Positions 9,745-18,310 of a stretch of DNA of 64,000 bases are shown in pieces. Within the stretch, counting starts at the first letter, position 1. Each line of letters begins with the position of its first letter. The notes under the pieces were generated by a model, which did no database searches, was not told the DNA's origin, and was given only the letters and a program-made list of their open reading frames with translations. Origin of the DNA: Candidatus Omnitrophota bacterium (GTDB lineage: Bacteria; Omnitrophota; Gorgyraeia; B26-G9); NCBI GenBank assembly GCA_043826565.1, contig JBDRPX010000034.1:1096-65095 (forward strand). Reading direction: 5' to 3'. The translations under genes and the position numbers were made by a program.

Positions 9745-12700
9745 TTATATCGCTTGCTCAATAACTTCAAAACTATAACCATGTTCCATTCCAGTTCTAT
9801 CCCCATGAGAAACAGTTTCAATATTAGCTATAAATTGCTGCCTTATCGAATCCGAAGGAATAACATCATCCATTTCTACCGAGGGAACTCCTTCCAAAAG
9901 AGAAAGTAAATTCCTTATACGGGAGATCACACCCTGAAAAGCCATGGCAGAATCACCGTTTTTTTCTGTTCTTATATTTGTGTCGGCAATCCCGATAAGC
10001 GTACGCTGTAACAGCGGTTCCAAACGAGCTTTTAAAATCGGCAGTTCATAAGCTGAATAACTATTAAAGGTCACGTCCGCATTTACCCAGCTTGTATAAG
10101 TATACGCCAGCTGAGCGTTTCTTCGCAACGGCCATTGCTGGACAATATCAACTACTTTTCTGCCCAAATTTACATGGCTAAGTATATGCCGCATAAAACG
10201 CAGATCCAATGATGTCAATGGACGGTTTCCGGATAATTTAAAATTCGGCGCAGTATTCACGAAAACACGGTAAAGCTGTTCATCTTTTAAAACTCCGGAT
10301 TTTCCGGCGATCTCATCGGATAAAGCATAATCCCCTTCGATCACATACAGATCATCATTTTCCAGAGTTATTGTTTCCCTGACAAATTCTCCGTCTTTTC
10401 TGACCACTACATGCAATACCTTAATATCCGGATCTAAAATCCGGCGAATAATATCCTTCATCCGGATGACCCGGGCATTATATATCTCTTCCTGGTTAAG
10501 CTCTTTTTCCTCCTGAAGAAAATCTGTATACTGCCTTAACAGCATATCAATATGGATCATCTTTACTTTTCTGCCTTTTTCCTTTAAATCCTGAGCTACC
10601 CTTTTGGAAAAAGATATTTTTCCGCTGGTAGTCGGCCCGCTGACCAAAACAAAACCTCTTTTTCCCGGCGAAAATTCTTCATCAATACTATCTACAATAC
10701 GCCCGATCTCTTGGGTATGCTTTTCCTCGTTCTTTCGGATCAGTTCACCCAGTTTATTTTCCCGGCAAACCTGCTGTAAATGCTCCAGCGTACGCGGCTG
10801 AAGCCCCAGCTCACCATATCCCCGGTAAGGAATTCTGCCGGTCTTAGAAAATATCCTCTGCAGCCGCGGACTGCGGGCAATTTCCGCATCAATAACTCTG
10901 GCCATACTCAAAATAAAAGCCGCCTGACGCAGATCCGTCTTATATTTTTTAGCGATTTCTAAAACTGTGATCGTTTCGCTTTCAATCCGCTCTTCAAGCA
11001 TTTTATCCACACTGGTTTCTTCCCAGGCCTTACCTTCAATATTCTGCAGCCATTCAAAATAAGAAACCGTAACCCCTCCGACATTTGCTAAAATATCCGG
11101 AATGATCAGAATACCTTTATTTCGCAAAATCGGATCCGCTTCCGGAGTAGTCGGATTATTCGCTAATTCCAGAAGAATATCACAATTAACATCTGCGGCA
11201 TTAGCTATAGTGATCTGATTCTCTATCGCCGCCGGCACTTTTACATTTGTATGCACTTTCCAGAAAAGCGACTGTTTTTCTTCTTCCTGTTGTAAAATTT
11301 GATACACCCAATCCTGATAATCACCAAATCTTTCATCGATCACAAGTTCGGAAGCATTTTTTAACTGCCGGAATTTCAAGGTAACCTTTCCGCCTTTTTT
11401 ACTGACATATCCGTTTTCGATCAGATTTGCCAAAAGCTCCTTTGCATCCGAAGTAATTCGGGAAAAATCCGTTTCCGCCACACTGCCTTTTAAAAATTGC
11501 GTTCCGGTCCTGTCCAGAAAATCCTGGGAAACTGTACTAAACTCGTATAGTCGGTCATCGGACTTTTTACCCAGCACTTCCATTAATTCTTCCAAAGGAA
11601 TACCCTGAGGATTATAAAGCGTTCCGGTATGGTCCTGCCATAAATTCAACTGCGCTCCGGCAGTATTAATTGAACACGCGTAATACTCTCCCACATTACC
11701 TCCGCCCTGAACTCCCATGGTCATTTCCCGAATATCTTTACTAAACAATGCCTTTGCCCTCGCACTCAATTGACGGCCAACCGCATCACTGGAAACATCT
11801 ATTAACTGCGGAAAATGATTCAACATTGACCGCAAAGCTAAAAATCCGCCAAACCCGGTAGCTTTAGTCCTGCCTTTTGATCCGCCTTTCTCCACCGGCT
11901 TACCGGTTATAACTCCCAGTTCCGAGGCATCCAGAATGCCGAACATATCCGCGCGCTTAAGTCTTAAATAATAATTTAAATATGGTGTTTCTAATGGATC
12001 TTCGGAATTTTTAGATTTTACTTTCAGCAGCCCTCTTTCCATTCTCTTATCATCTATTTTACGGCTCCTGGCCTGGATTCTTAAATATTCATCCACAAAA
12101 ACAGCCATCATATCTGCTCCTGTACCCACATCCGGTGCCGGTACATCAATATAAGGTCCCACTGCTCCTTTTTTGGTAAGCTCCCGGGCAAAACCCCGGA
12201 CAATATATGCTTTAAGAGTGTCTGCCTTTTCTGCATAATCCGCGCTTTCCTGTAAGATCTTCTTAATTTCCTGATTTAAAAATTCTCTTAGTCCCGTATC
12301 TTCACCAGTACTGGTATAATGCATCAGTTCACCGAGAGCTTCTAAAAGAACCTCCTGGATATCCCGCCCCAGACTGTCTATAAAACCTTTCCTATCTTCT
12401 ATCTCCTGCCCGATAGCCTGAGAAAATCGCCTTAGTTTTTCTGCTTTGTCTTTTAATCCTTTAGCCTCTTTTTCATACCCTGAGATAACATTATTAACTT
12501 TATCTTCGATAACAACATCGCCTTTTCCTCCGCCGTAAGGGATACCGATCACGGCATTTTTTACCGTCATCAATGTCGCCAAACCCGCAGCTGTAGCCTT
12601 TGCCTCTTCCAATGTTTCTCCATGAACAAGAAGCCAGCGGAATCCGCCTTTAGACGGCCCCAAAGCATCACTTTGCGAAACACGAAATCCCCAAACTTTT

Positions 12701-13110
12701 ATTTTTTTTCCATCCGGCATAGGAATTTTGAAAGTAACGGTAGTAACTCTATTCGGATCCAGCAATATATTTCTCGGCTCTTTTAAACGGCTGGCTACCA
12801 GCAGATCATGTACCTTTCTGGATAAAAAACCTTTTTCATTAATAGACTCATCAACAAATACCGGATCAAGTCCGATCATTTCTGCCGCGGCCTGATAATG
12901 GATTTTTGCCGATTCCAGAATAGAAGGAGTTTCCCCGTCATGACGCGCAGCCAATATCATTTCTTCATTTCCCGGCATAAACGCCGCTCTGACAGCATTA
13001 ATCTCCAGGTGCACTGTCGGCGCTAAAGTATCACTTTGACGCATATCTGCCCAGGCAATCCCCGAAGAAAGAAATGTTTGTATAGTCACTGCTGCAATAA
13101 TCCTTAGCAT
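9745..13110 (-). CDS. Secreted fusion protein: Glu/Leu/Phe/Val-dehydrogenase-like domain plus uridine-kinase/PRK-like P-loop domain; family member
   Basis: Signal MLRIIAAVTIQTFLSSGIAWA; mature N-terminus DMRQSDTLAPTVHLEINAVRAAF. GDH-family signatures are present: LGPSKGGFRW (the K-G-G-x-R catalytic loop), IPYGGGKGDV, and the GGGNVG Rossmann motif. Downstream, LVSGPTTSGKISF (Walker A), YVIEGDYAL and LDLRFMRHI resemble uridine kinase / phosphoribulokinase. The tail is ...EVIEQAI. Confidence 0.65.
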   Translation of the reverse strand: MLRIIAAVTIQTFLSSGIAWADMRQSDTLAPTVHLEINAVRAAFMPGNEEMILAARHDGETPSILESAKIHYQAAAEMIGLDPVFVDESINEKGFLSRKVHDLLVASRLKEPRNILLDPNRVTTVTFKIPMPDGKKIKVWGFRVSQSDALGPSKGGFRWLLVHGETLEEAKATAAGLATLMTVKNAVIGIPYGGGKGDVVIEDKVNNVISGYEKEAKGLKDKAEKLRRFSQAIGQEIEDRKGFIDSLGRDIQEVLLEALGELMHYTSTGEDTGLREFLNQEIKKILQESADYAEKADTLKAYIVRGFARELTKKGAVGPYIDVPAPDVGTGADMMAVFVDEYLRIQARSRKIDDKRMERGLLKVKSKNSEDPLETPYLNYYLRLKRADMFGILDASELGVITGKPVEKGGSKGRTKATGFGGFLALRSMLNHFPQLIDVSSDAVGRQLSARAKALFSKDIREMTMGVQGGGNVGEYYACSINTAGAQLNLWQDHTGTLYNPQGIPLEELMEVLGKKSDDRLYEFSTVSQDFLDRTGTQFLKGSVAETDFSRITSDAKELLANLIENGYVSKKGGKVTLKFRQLKNASELVIDERFGDYQDWVYQILQQEEEKQSLFWKVHTNVKVPAAIENQITIANAADVNCDILLELANNPTTPEADPILRNKGILIIPDILANVGGVTVSYFEWLQNIEGKAWEETSVDKMLEERIESETITVLEIAKKYKTDLRQAAFILSMARVIDAEIARSPRLQRIFSKTGRIPYRGYGELGLQPRTLEHLQQVCRENKLGELIRKNEEKHTQEIGRIVDSIDEEFSPGKRGFVLVSGPTTSGKISFSKRVAQDLKEKGRKVKMIHIDMLLRQYTDFLQEEKELNQEEIYNARVIRMKDIIRRILDPDIKVLHVVVRKDGEFVRETITLENDDLYVIEGDYALSDEIAGKSGVLKDEQLYRVFVNTAPNFKLSGNRPLTSLDLRFMRHILSHVNLGRKVVDIVQQWPLRRNAQLAYTYTSWVNADVTFNSYSAYELPILKARLEPLLQRTLIGIADTNIRTEKNGDSAMAFQGVISRIRNLLSLLEGVPSVEMDDVIPSDSIRQQFIANIETVSHGDRTGMEHGYSFEVIEQAI

Positions 13111-13144
13111 CTTTCGATTCCTTGAAACCATCTCTCATTCTCCT

Positions 13145-14218
13145 TTAAATAGAATATTCTACTAATTTATTTATTTCCAAATCCGCTAAAAATTTCCCCA
13201 CAACTTTTAAATCATCCGCCGATAAATACTCAAGATCTTCCCTGAGTCCGTTATAATCATCTTTCCCATGTATTCCCCAGCCGATCTTAAAAACAAAAGC
13301 TTTTAAATATACTTCGTCATTTGTTCCCAGCATTTGTCTGGCAATATTAATAAGCTTATCCCGGCGATCCGCATATTCCCAGGCATTAAATTCATCTTCT
13401 CCAAAAAAATGTCCGCGCCTTAACGAATTTACCACAACTGCTTTTACATACGATTGATAATCCCGTTTATTACCCTGCAGGTTTCTCTTCTCAAAAAAAG
13501 ATTTTACCATATATTCTCTGCCGGAAAACCGTTCCGCAAGATCATTGATCGTCACTCCCGGACGCGGAGATAAAACCAATCCTTCCATAGGCTGTCGATG
13601 ATACCAGAGAAAAAACCGGAGTTCTTTCATTGTGATATCTCCTATAATATCTTCCGCTTCCCACTTACTTCTCCAATCCGCAAATTTTTTAAGCCCGTGC
13701 TTGCTTTGCAGCAAACTTACCAGTTCATCATATCGCCGTCTTATCCGAAAATCACGCATATTTACACTGCGCGTAAGCCGTTCCGGAGAAAACATCTCAC
13801 TAATTATATCCCGCCAATTATAAAGAATGTCCATTTCACTAAAAAACTTGATCCCAATACTTTTAACTAAAAAACTCTCTTGAAGTTTTTCAATTATCTG
13901 CTTGCGGGTATCGGAAACCAGTCCTCCATATTCTCCGCCTTTAAGCCAGACTATCGAAAACCCCTGATCTTCAACATCTCTCTGTTTAATTTCATCCAAT
14001 ACGGCTAAAAGATCTGCTTTATTATTCTGTAATAACGCAAAACTATTTTTAAGAACTTCCCCATTAACTTTAATCTCCGGAGATAATGTATCAATTTGCG
14101 GCTGCGCACAAGCATTTCCTAATATCAAAAACGCCTGGACAAACACCAGGCAAATAATCCCCGCATTATTATTAATTTTCACAATTTTTATTAATCCTTT
14201 TCTAAAGGGATCGCGCAA
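13145..14218 (-). CDS. Secreted hypothetical protein; family member
   Basis: Signal ...AGIICLVFVQAFLILGNACA; mature N-terminus QPQIDTLSPEIKVNGEVLKNSF; tail ...NKLVEYSI. No recognisable catalytic domain. Confidence 0.5.
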   Translation of the reverse strand: MRDPFRKGLIKIVKINNNAGIICLVFVQAFLILGNACAQPQIDTLSPEIKVNGEVLKNSFALLQNNKADLLAVLDEIKQRDVEDQGFSIVWLKGGEYGGLVSDTRKQIIEKLQESFLVKSIGIKFFSEMDILYNWRDIISEMFSPERLTRSVNMRDFRIRRRYDELVSLLQSKHGLKKFADWRSKWEAEDIIGDITMKELRFFLWYHRQPMEGLVLSPRPGVTINDLAERFSGREYMVKSFFEKRNLQGNKRDYQSYVKAVVVNSLRRGHFFGEDEFNAWEYADRRDKLINIARQMLGTNDEVYLKAFVFKIGWGIHGKDDYNGLREDLEYLSADDLKVVGKFLADLEINKLVEYSI

Positions 14219-14921
14219 TTAAATTCTGCTTCTGATCATTTCGAAAATCTCTTCTTCGGCTTCTTACCGGGCTCTTTAATCCTAAAGCTCTCGCTAAATG
14301 TCTTTCAAAACCAAAAATCCGGCCTTTATCGCCTTTTGCCCGTAATGCCTCTCTGACCTCCCGCACAGACACAGGAAAATACGCATGGACGGAATCAGTA
14401 AGCAAGAAAACTAATTCCCGCACCGTAAAATTGTCGATCGTCTCCGTTATTCCGGGATTTGAAAGAATCCCGACAGCAGTAAAATATCCTAAGCTTTCGG
14501 CTATTTCCGGATCAACATCTTCTAAATCTTCGGCCGGATCCCATTCTTGAGCAAGCATAGCTCTTTGATGGCGATGCTCTCTTCTTTCTAACATGATTAA
14601 ATGATCTTGAGATGGCCGCTTTCCCCGGCGGTTATTCAAGCGTCTGGATATTCCGGTTAACCGGGGAGCATTCTGATGCTGCATCTGGGCAATAGTTGCT
14701 TCATATTCATCGTCCGAAAGTTTTTTAGCGGCAAGCTGGGAAAATACCTGCTGCAGCAGCTGCGCATTAATTGATATTTCCGGCGATAAAGTTGATGGCT
14801 GTTCCCGATCAGATAAAAAAGAAATTTCTCCGGCTAGGGCAATATTCATTGTTAGAAACAATTGCACAAGCACACATCCGATAACCCGCAAATACAATCT
14901 TCTCATTAAATCCTCCTTCAT
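14202..14921 (-). CDS. Secreted hypothetical protein; family member
   Basis: Signal MRRLYLRVIGCVLVQLFLTMNIALA; mature N-terminus GEISFLSDREQPSTLSPEISINAQLLQQVF; tail ...NLIARSL. It overlaps the downstream family member by 17 nt. Confidence 0.5.
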   Translation of the reverse strand: MKEDLMRRLYLRVIGCVLVQLFLTMNIALAGEISFLSDREQPSTLSPEISINAQLLQQVFSQLAAKKLSDDEYEATIAQMQHQNAPRLTGISRRLNNRRGKRPSQDHLIMLERREHRHQRAMLAQEWDPAEDLEDVDPEIAESLGYFTAVGILSNPGITETIDNFTVRELVFLLTDSVHAYFPVSVREVREALRAKGDKGRIFGFERHLARALGLKSPVRSRRRDFRNDQKQNLIARSL

Positions 14922-15020
14922 TCATTTTCCAATTATTTGTTTATTATAATTTCTTTTTATCTTTTACTTTTTTAATCCCTATTCCCTATACGCTAACCGC
15001 TCTACGCTATACGCTGATTT

Positions 15021-16481
15021 TTATATCGCCTGCTGCACAAGTATCGGCAGTATCGCCGCCTGTTCGTCAAACTCCGGTAAACCATCCTCTGTTTCAACAC
15101 CGATAACTACATCCGCGGGAAAAATTGAAGGCTCTCCATTCAAAACCGCCTGCCATTCCGGCCTTTGTATTTCAAATAATATCGCCGCCAAATCCGATAA
15201 ATGGTCTGTTTGACGAAGCGCACGATAAGCCTGCTCCAAAGTCCCGGGAACATCCGGATGTGATTTTTTCCATTGCCTGGTTTTGGTATTGATAATAAAA
15301 TAACTTGAGGAACCGCCGGAGGCTTTATACGCGATTGCTATCTCACGGCCTCCAGACCTTGCCATTATTTCTACTTTAGTAATCTTAAACGAAGATGCTG
15401 TTGGCGAATCAGCAACGCTTATGGGAATTATCTGCTTAACTTCTGTTGCCATCTCTACAGAAATTGTACTCTTTTTGGAATCTGCTGTTCCTTGAGCCGC
15501 CGGATTAACATCAGCATCAGTTTCTCCATCAAGCGGCTGTAATCTGAAACCGGTAAAACTTCCGCTCGCATCCGGATCAGCATCAGCAGGATCAGCATCA
15601 GCAGAATCATCAGCCAATCCATCTTCATATTTATCCGCCATCATACTTTCAGCAATCGCAGTATCCATGGCTTCTGTTATCCGGTCTGTATGTTGTTTAA
15701 ATACTTCACCATCAATATGTTTATGTTGGAACAAAACCAGTAAAACCCTGTTCTCCCGGGAAAGCCCCTGCTCTCTTTGCTCGGGCATATTCATATTTTC
15801 TTTTTGCACATCAATTATAAGCCCGGATATATGCGCCACAGAAGTGTAGAATGCTGCCTTATTTCGCAATATCCCTGCGGAGATAACCGCGATATTATTT
15901 TTTATCCGGATAGCTCTGGTCCGCTGGATTTCTTTACCTTGCATACGCAATAGAAAAGTACCGTCCTTTTCTATTCCAAACGCGCAATGCGCCGCCTGTT
16001 TCGGCAAATGTGTTACTATGTATAATTCCGGAGCCATAACAATTGTTTTTCCGCTATAGCTATATAACCGCATCCTTGCCTGTATAACCATCTTTTTAAG
16101 CGCTTCATCCTGTTCGGCATTACCCAGACTACTCGCGGTTTTTTTGCCGTCTTTATATACTTCTATAGAACACTCTCCGGTTTTCCCATTGAGAATTTTA
16201 ATTTTAATATATTCCCCGCCCGGAGAACGCATTGCCTTTAAAAACGAGTGGTGTTCTTGCGGAGTTATATCTCCTTCTGATGAATAGTTTGTTCTTAATT
16301 CCAAATTGTACGCTGCGAATTTTTGGGCAAATTTTTGCAAATCAGAAATACTGACCTTTGGCGCCAGGGTTGCACTCAGTTCATTCTTACGCGTTGACAA
16401 ATCCGCGGCCTGCGCGTTCTGCACACACAGGAATACTTGAAACACCATCCACACTGCTGTTTTCCTGATTATTTTTTTCAT
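15021..16481 (-). CDS. Secreted hypothetical protein with an acidic (D/A/P-rich) linker; family member
   Basis: Signal MKKIIRKTAVWMVFQVFLCVQNAQA; mature N-terminus ADLSTRKNELSATLAPKVSISDLQKFAQKF; tail ...LPILVQQAI. Confidence 0.55.
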   Translation of the reverse strand: MKKIIRKTAVWMVFQVFLCVQNAQAADLSTRKNELSATLAPKVSISDLQKFAQKFAAYNLELRTNYSSEGDITPQEHHSFLKAMRSPGGEYIKIKILNGKTGECSIEVYKDGKKTASSLGNAEQDEALKKMVIQARMRLYSYSGKTIVMAPELYIVTHLPKQAAHCAFGIEKDGTFLLRMQGKEIQRTRAIRIKNNIAVISAGILRNKAAFYTSVAHISGLIIDVQKENMNMPEQREQGLSRENRVLLVLFQHKHIDGEVFKQHTDRITEAMDTAIAESMMADKYEDGLADDSADADPADADPDASGSFTGFRLQPLDGETDADVNPAAQGTADSKKSTISVEMATEVKQIIPISVADSPTASSFKITKVEIMARSGGREIAIAYKASGGSSSYFIINTKTRQWKKSHPDVPGTLEQAYRALRQTDHLSDLAAILFEIQRPEWQAVLNGEPSIFPADVVIGVETEDGLPEFDEQAAILPILVQQAI

Positions 16482-16527
16482 TTTTCTCCGATCTTTACAC
16501 TTTACACTTTTAACTTTTAACTTATTT

Positions 16528-17982
16528 TTATATCGCTTGCTGCACTAATTGCGCACCAGTAACATTAATGGGAAATATTACTTTTTCCTGAGTCAGCACA
16601 GGAACTATGTTTGTCTGAATAATCCGGGGATTACACGGTAAAATAATAATAAATTTTGCTCCGGTAATTTCACCCTGAATATCCCGGCAATTCTCTGCGC
16701 TTAAAGTTCCGCCAAAATATCTTTCAATGATCCGGCGGCAAAGCGAAAGTCCCAGACCATGAGCTGTCCCATTACCCGCTCTGGTGCTGAATCCTTCGGA
16801 AAAAATCAGATCAATTACCGCAGCTTCCTGGTTATCGGCATTTTCATGAGCTTCTGTCCACATTCCCAATACCTTTGCCTGCTTGATCAAATCAGTAATT
16901 AAAAACCCCTTCCCATTATCCGTAAATTCAAATATTATGTTATCTTTTGTCTTTTTCGCTTCTACAGTACAATCAAACATTTTATTTTGGCCGTTCATGG
17001 CATGGGCTAATAAATTTCTTTGTAAATTTTTAACAACAAATTCAAACCCATCGCGATATCCAAAATATTCTAACGGCTCAATTTTCCCTTTATACAAAAC
17101 CTGCGCTTGCACAACTTCCGCCAGATCAAACCGTTCCTGTTTAATGCCTTCGATAACCACATTAAGCCGTTTAATCATAAAATCAATAAAATCAAGCGCA
17201 CCCTGTGCCGCCCTTTTTAGAAATTTATCAGCCCCAGGCCGTTCCGCAATTTTTTTCAGCCATTCATAAGATGTATTAACCTCATAAACCGAGCTTAAAA
17301 GTACCATTACACCTCGCGGATCAGTAACATGATTATGCGCAAGCATATCTTTAATTCTGGATAATTTGGTAAATAGATCCCGGCAAATAGAAATAATTCT
17401 TTCTATTTCTTCAAGATCATCACTTTTAACAACATCCAGATTGTTTTCCTGATGCAAAAGATCTCCCAGCTGATGAAAAACCATACCAAACTCAACATGA
17501 ATCCGCTCAACTGTAGAAAATCCCATTTCTTTGCGATTAAAAATTGCCGCGGCATATTCACCAAAATCAGTAAAACTGTATCTTGTTCCCCCCTTTGCTC
17601 CTTTGTTTTTAAGATCCGGGATAAGATATCCCTTTTCTACAAGCTCGCTAAATCTCTGTTCAATCTCTTCAACAGATAAATTCCGGGCCGCAACCCGCTT
17701 AAAACGCCTCGCGGTTATCCTGGCCTCCTGGGCAACTTTATAGAGATCGGCATTCGTAACAATTTTTTCAAAAACATCGATCCAGTCACTTTGCTCTATA
17801 GTAATTTTTTGAACATCAAACTGTTGAAATGCGGACTGAAACTGCGGGATAAAAATATTTAGTTGCGGAGAGAGATTGTCTTCTGCCCAAACAACCTGCC
17901 CAAGCATAAGCATTTGAATAACAATAGCAATAAGCACTATGTTTAATCTTAATTTTTTAGATATAAAAAAACCGGTTTTCAT
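16528..17982 (-). CDS. Secreted histidine-kinase-like (GHKL) ATPase domain protein; family member
   Basis: Start taken at ATG 17982, which has a GGAG 6 nt upstream. Signal MKTGFFISKKLRLNIVLIAIVIQMLMLGQVVWA; mature N-terminus EDNLSPQLNIFIPQFQSAFQQF. The C-terminal HATPase_c shows G1 DNGKGF and G2 GLGLSLCRRI boxes and a possible degenerate H-box, LAHNHVTDPRG. The tail is ...AQLVQQAI. Confidence 0.6.
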   Translation of the reverse strand: MKTGFFISKKLRLNIVLIAIVIQMLMLGQVVWAEDNLSPQLNIFIPQFQSAFQQFDVQKITIEQSDWIDVFEKIVTNADLYKVAQEARITARRFKRVAARNLSVEEIEQRFSELVEKGYLIPDLKNKGAKGGTRYSFTDFGEYAAAIFNRKEMGFSTVERIHVEFGMVFHQLGDLLHQENNLDVVKSDDLEEIERIISICRDLFTKLSRIKDMLAHNHVTDPRGVMVLLSSVYEVNTSYEWLKKIAERPGADKFLKRAAQGALDFIDFMIKRLNVVIEGIKQERFDLAEVVQAQVLYKGKIEPLEYFGYRDGFEFVVKNLQRNLLAHAMNGQNKMFDCTVEAKKTKDNIIFEFTDNGKGFLITDLIKQAKVLGMWTEAHENADNQEAAVIDLIFSEGFSTRAGNGTAHGLGLSLCRRIIERYFGGTLSAENCRDIQGEITGAKFIIILPCNPRIIQTNIVPVLTQEKVIFPINVTGAQLVQQAI

Positions 17983-18310
17983 TCTCAGCTCCATAGCTGT
18001 TTTAAACGACAATTTTTCACACACTTATTACAAAGTTAATAAAAGCTCTAAAGTATACCATAAGTTTATATATCCTGCAATGTCAGAACCGGACTTTATG
18101 AAAAAATTTTATCACACCTAACATATTGAAAATAAATGTGATATAATTTAGGTAGTAAATGTTTTTTATCATTTGAAAGACCCCTTGATTCTGGGATTTA
18201 AATTCAGTAAAAAAATAGTGCGCGTCACTTGTAAACTATATATTAATATGGTATACTTTTTTAACTATTTTAACTCGCAATTAAACTTGATTCTAACAAG
18301 GAAATTATTT

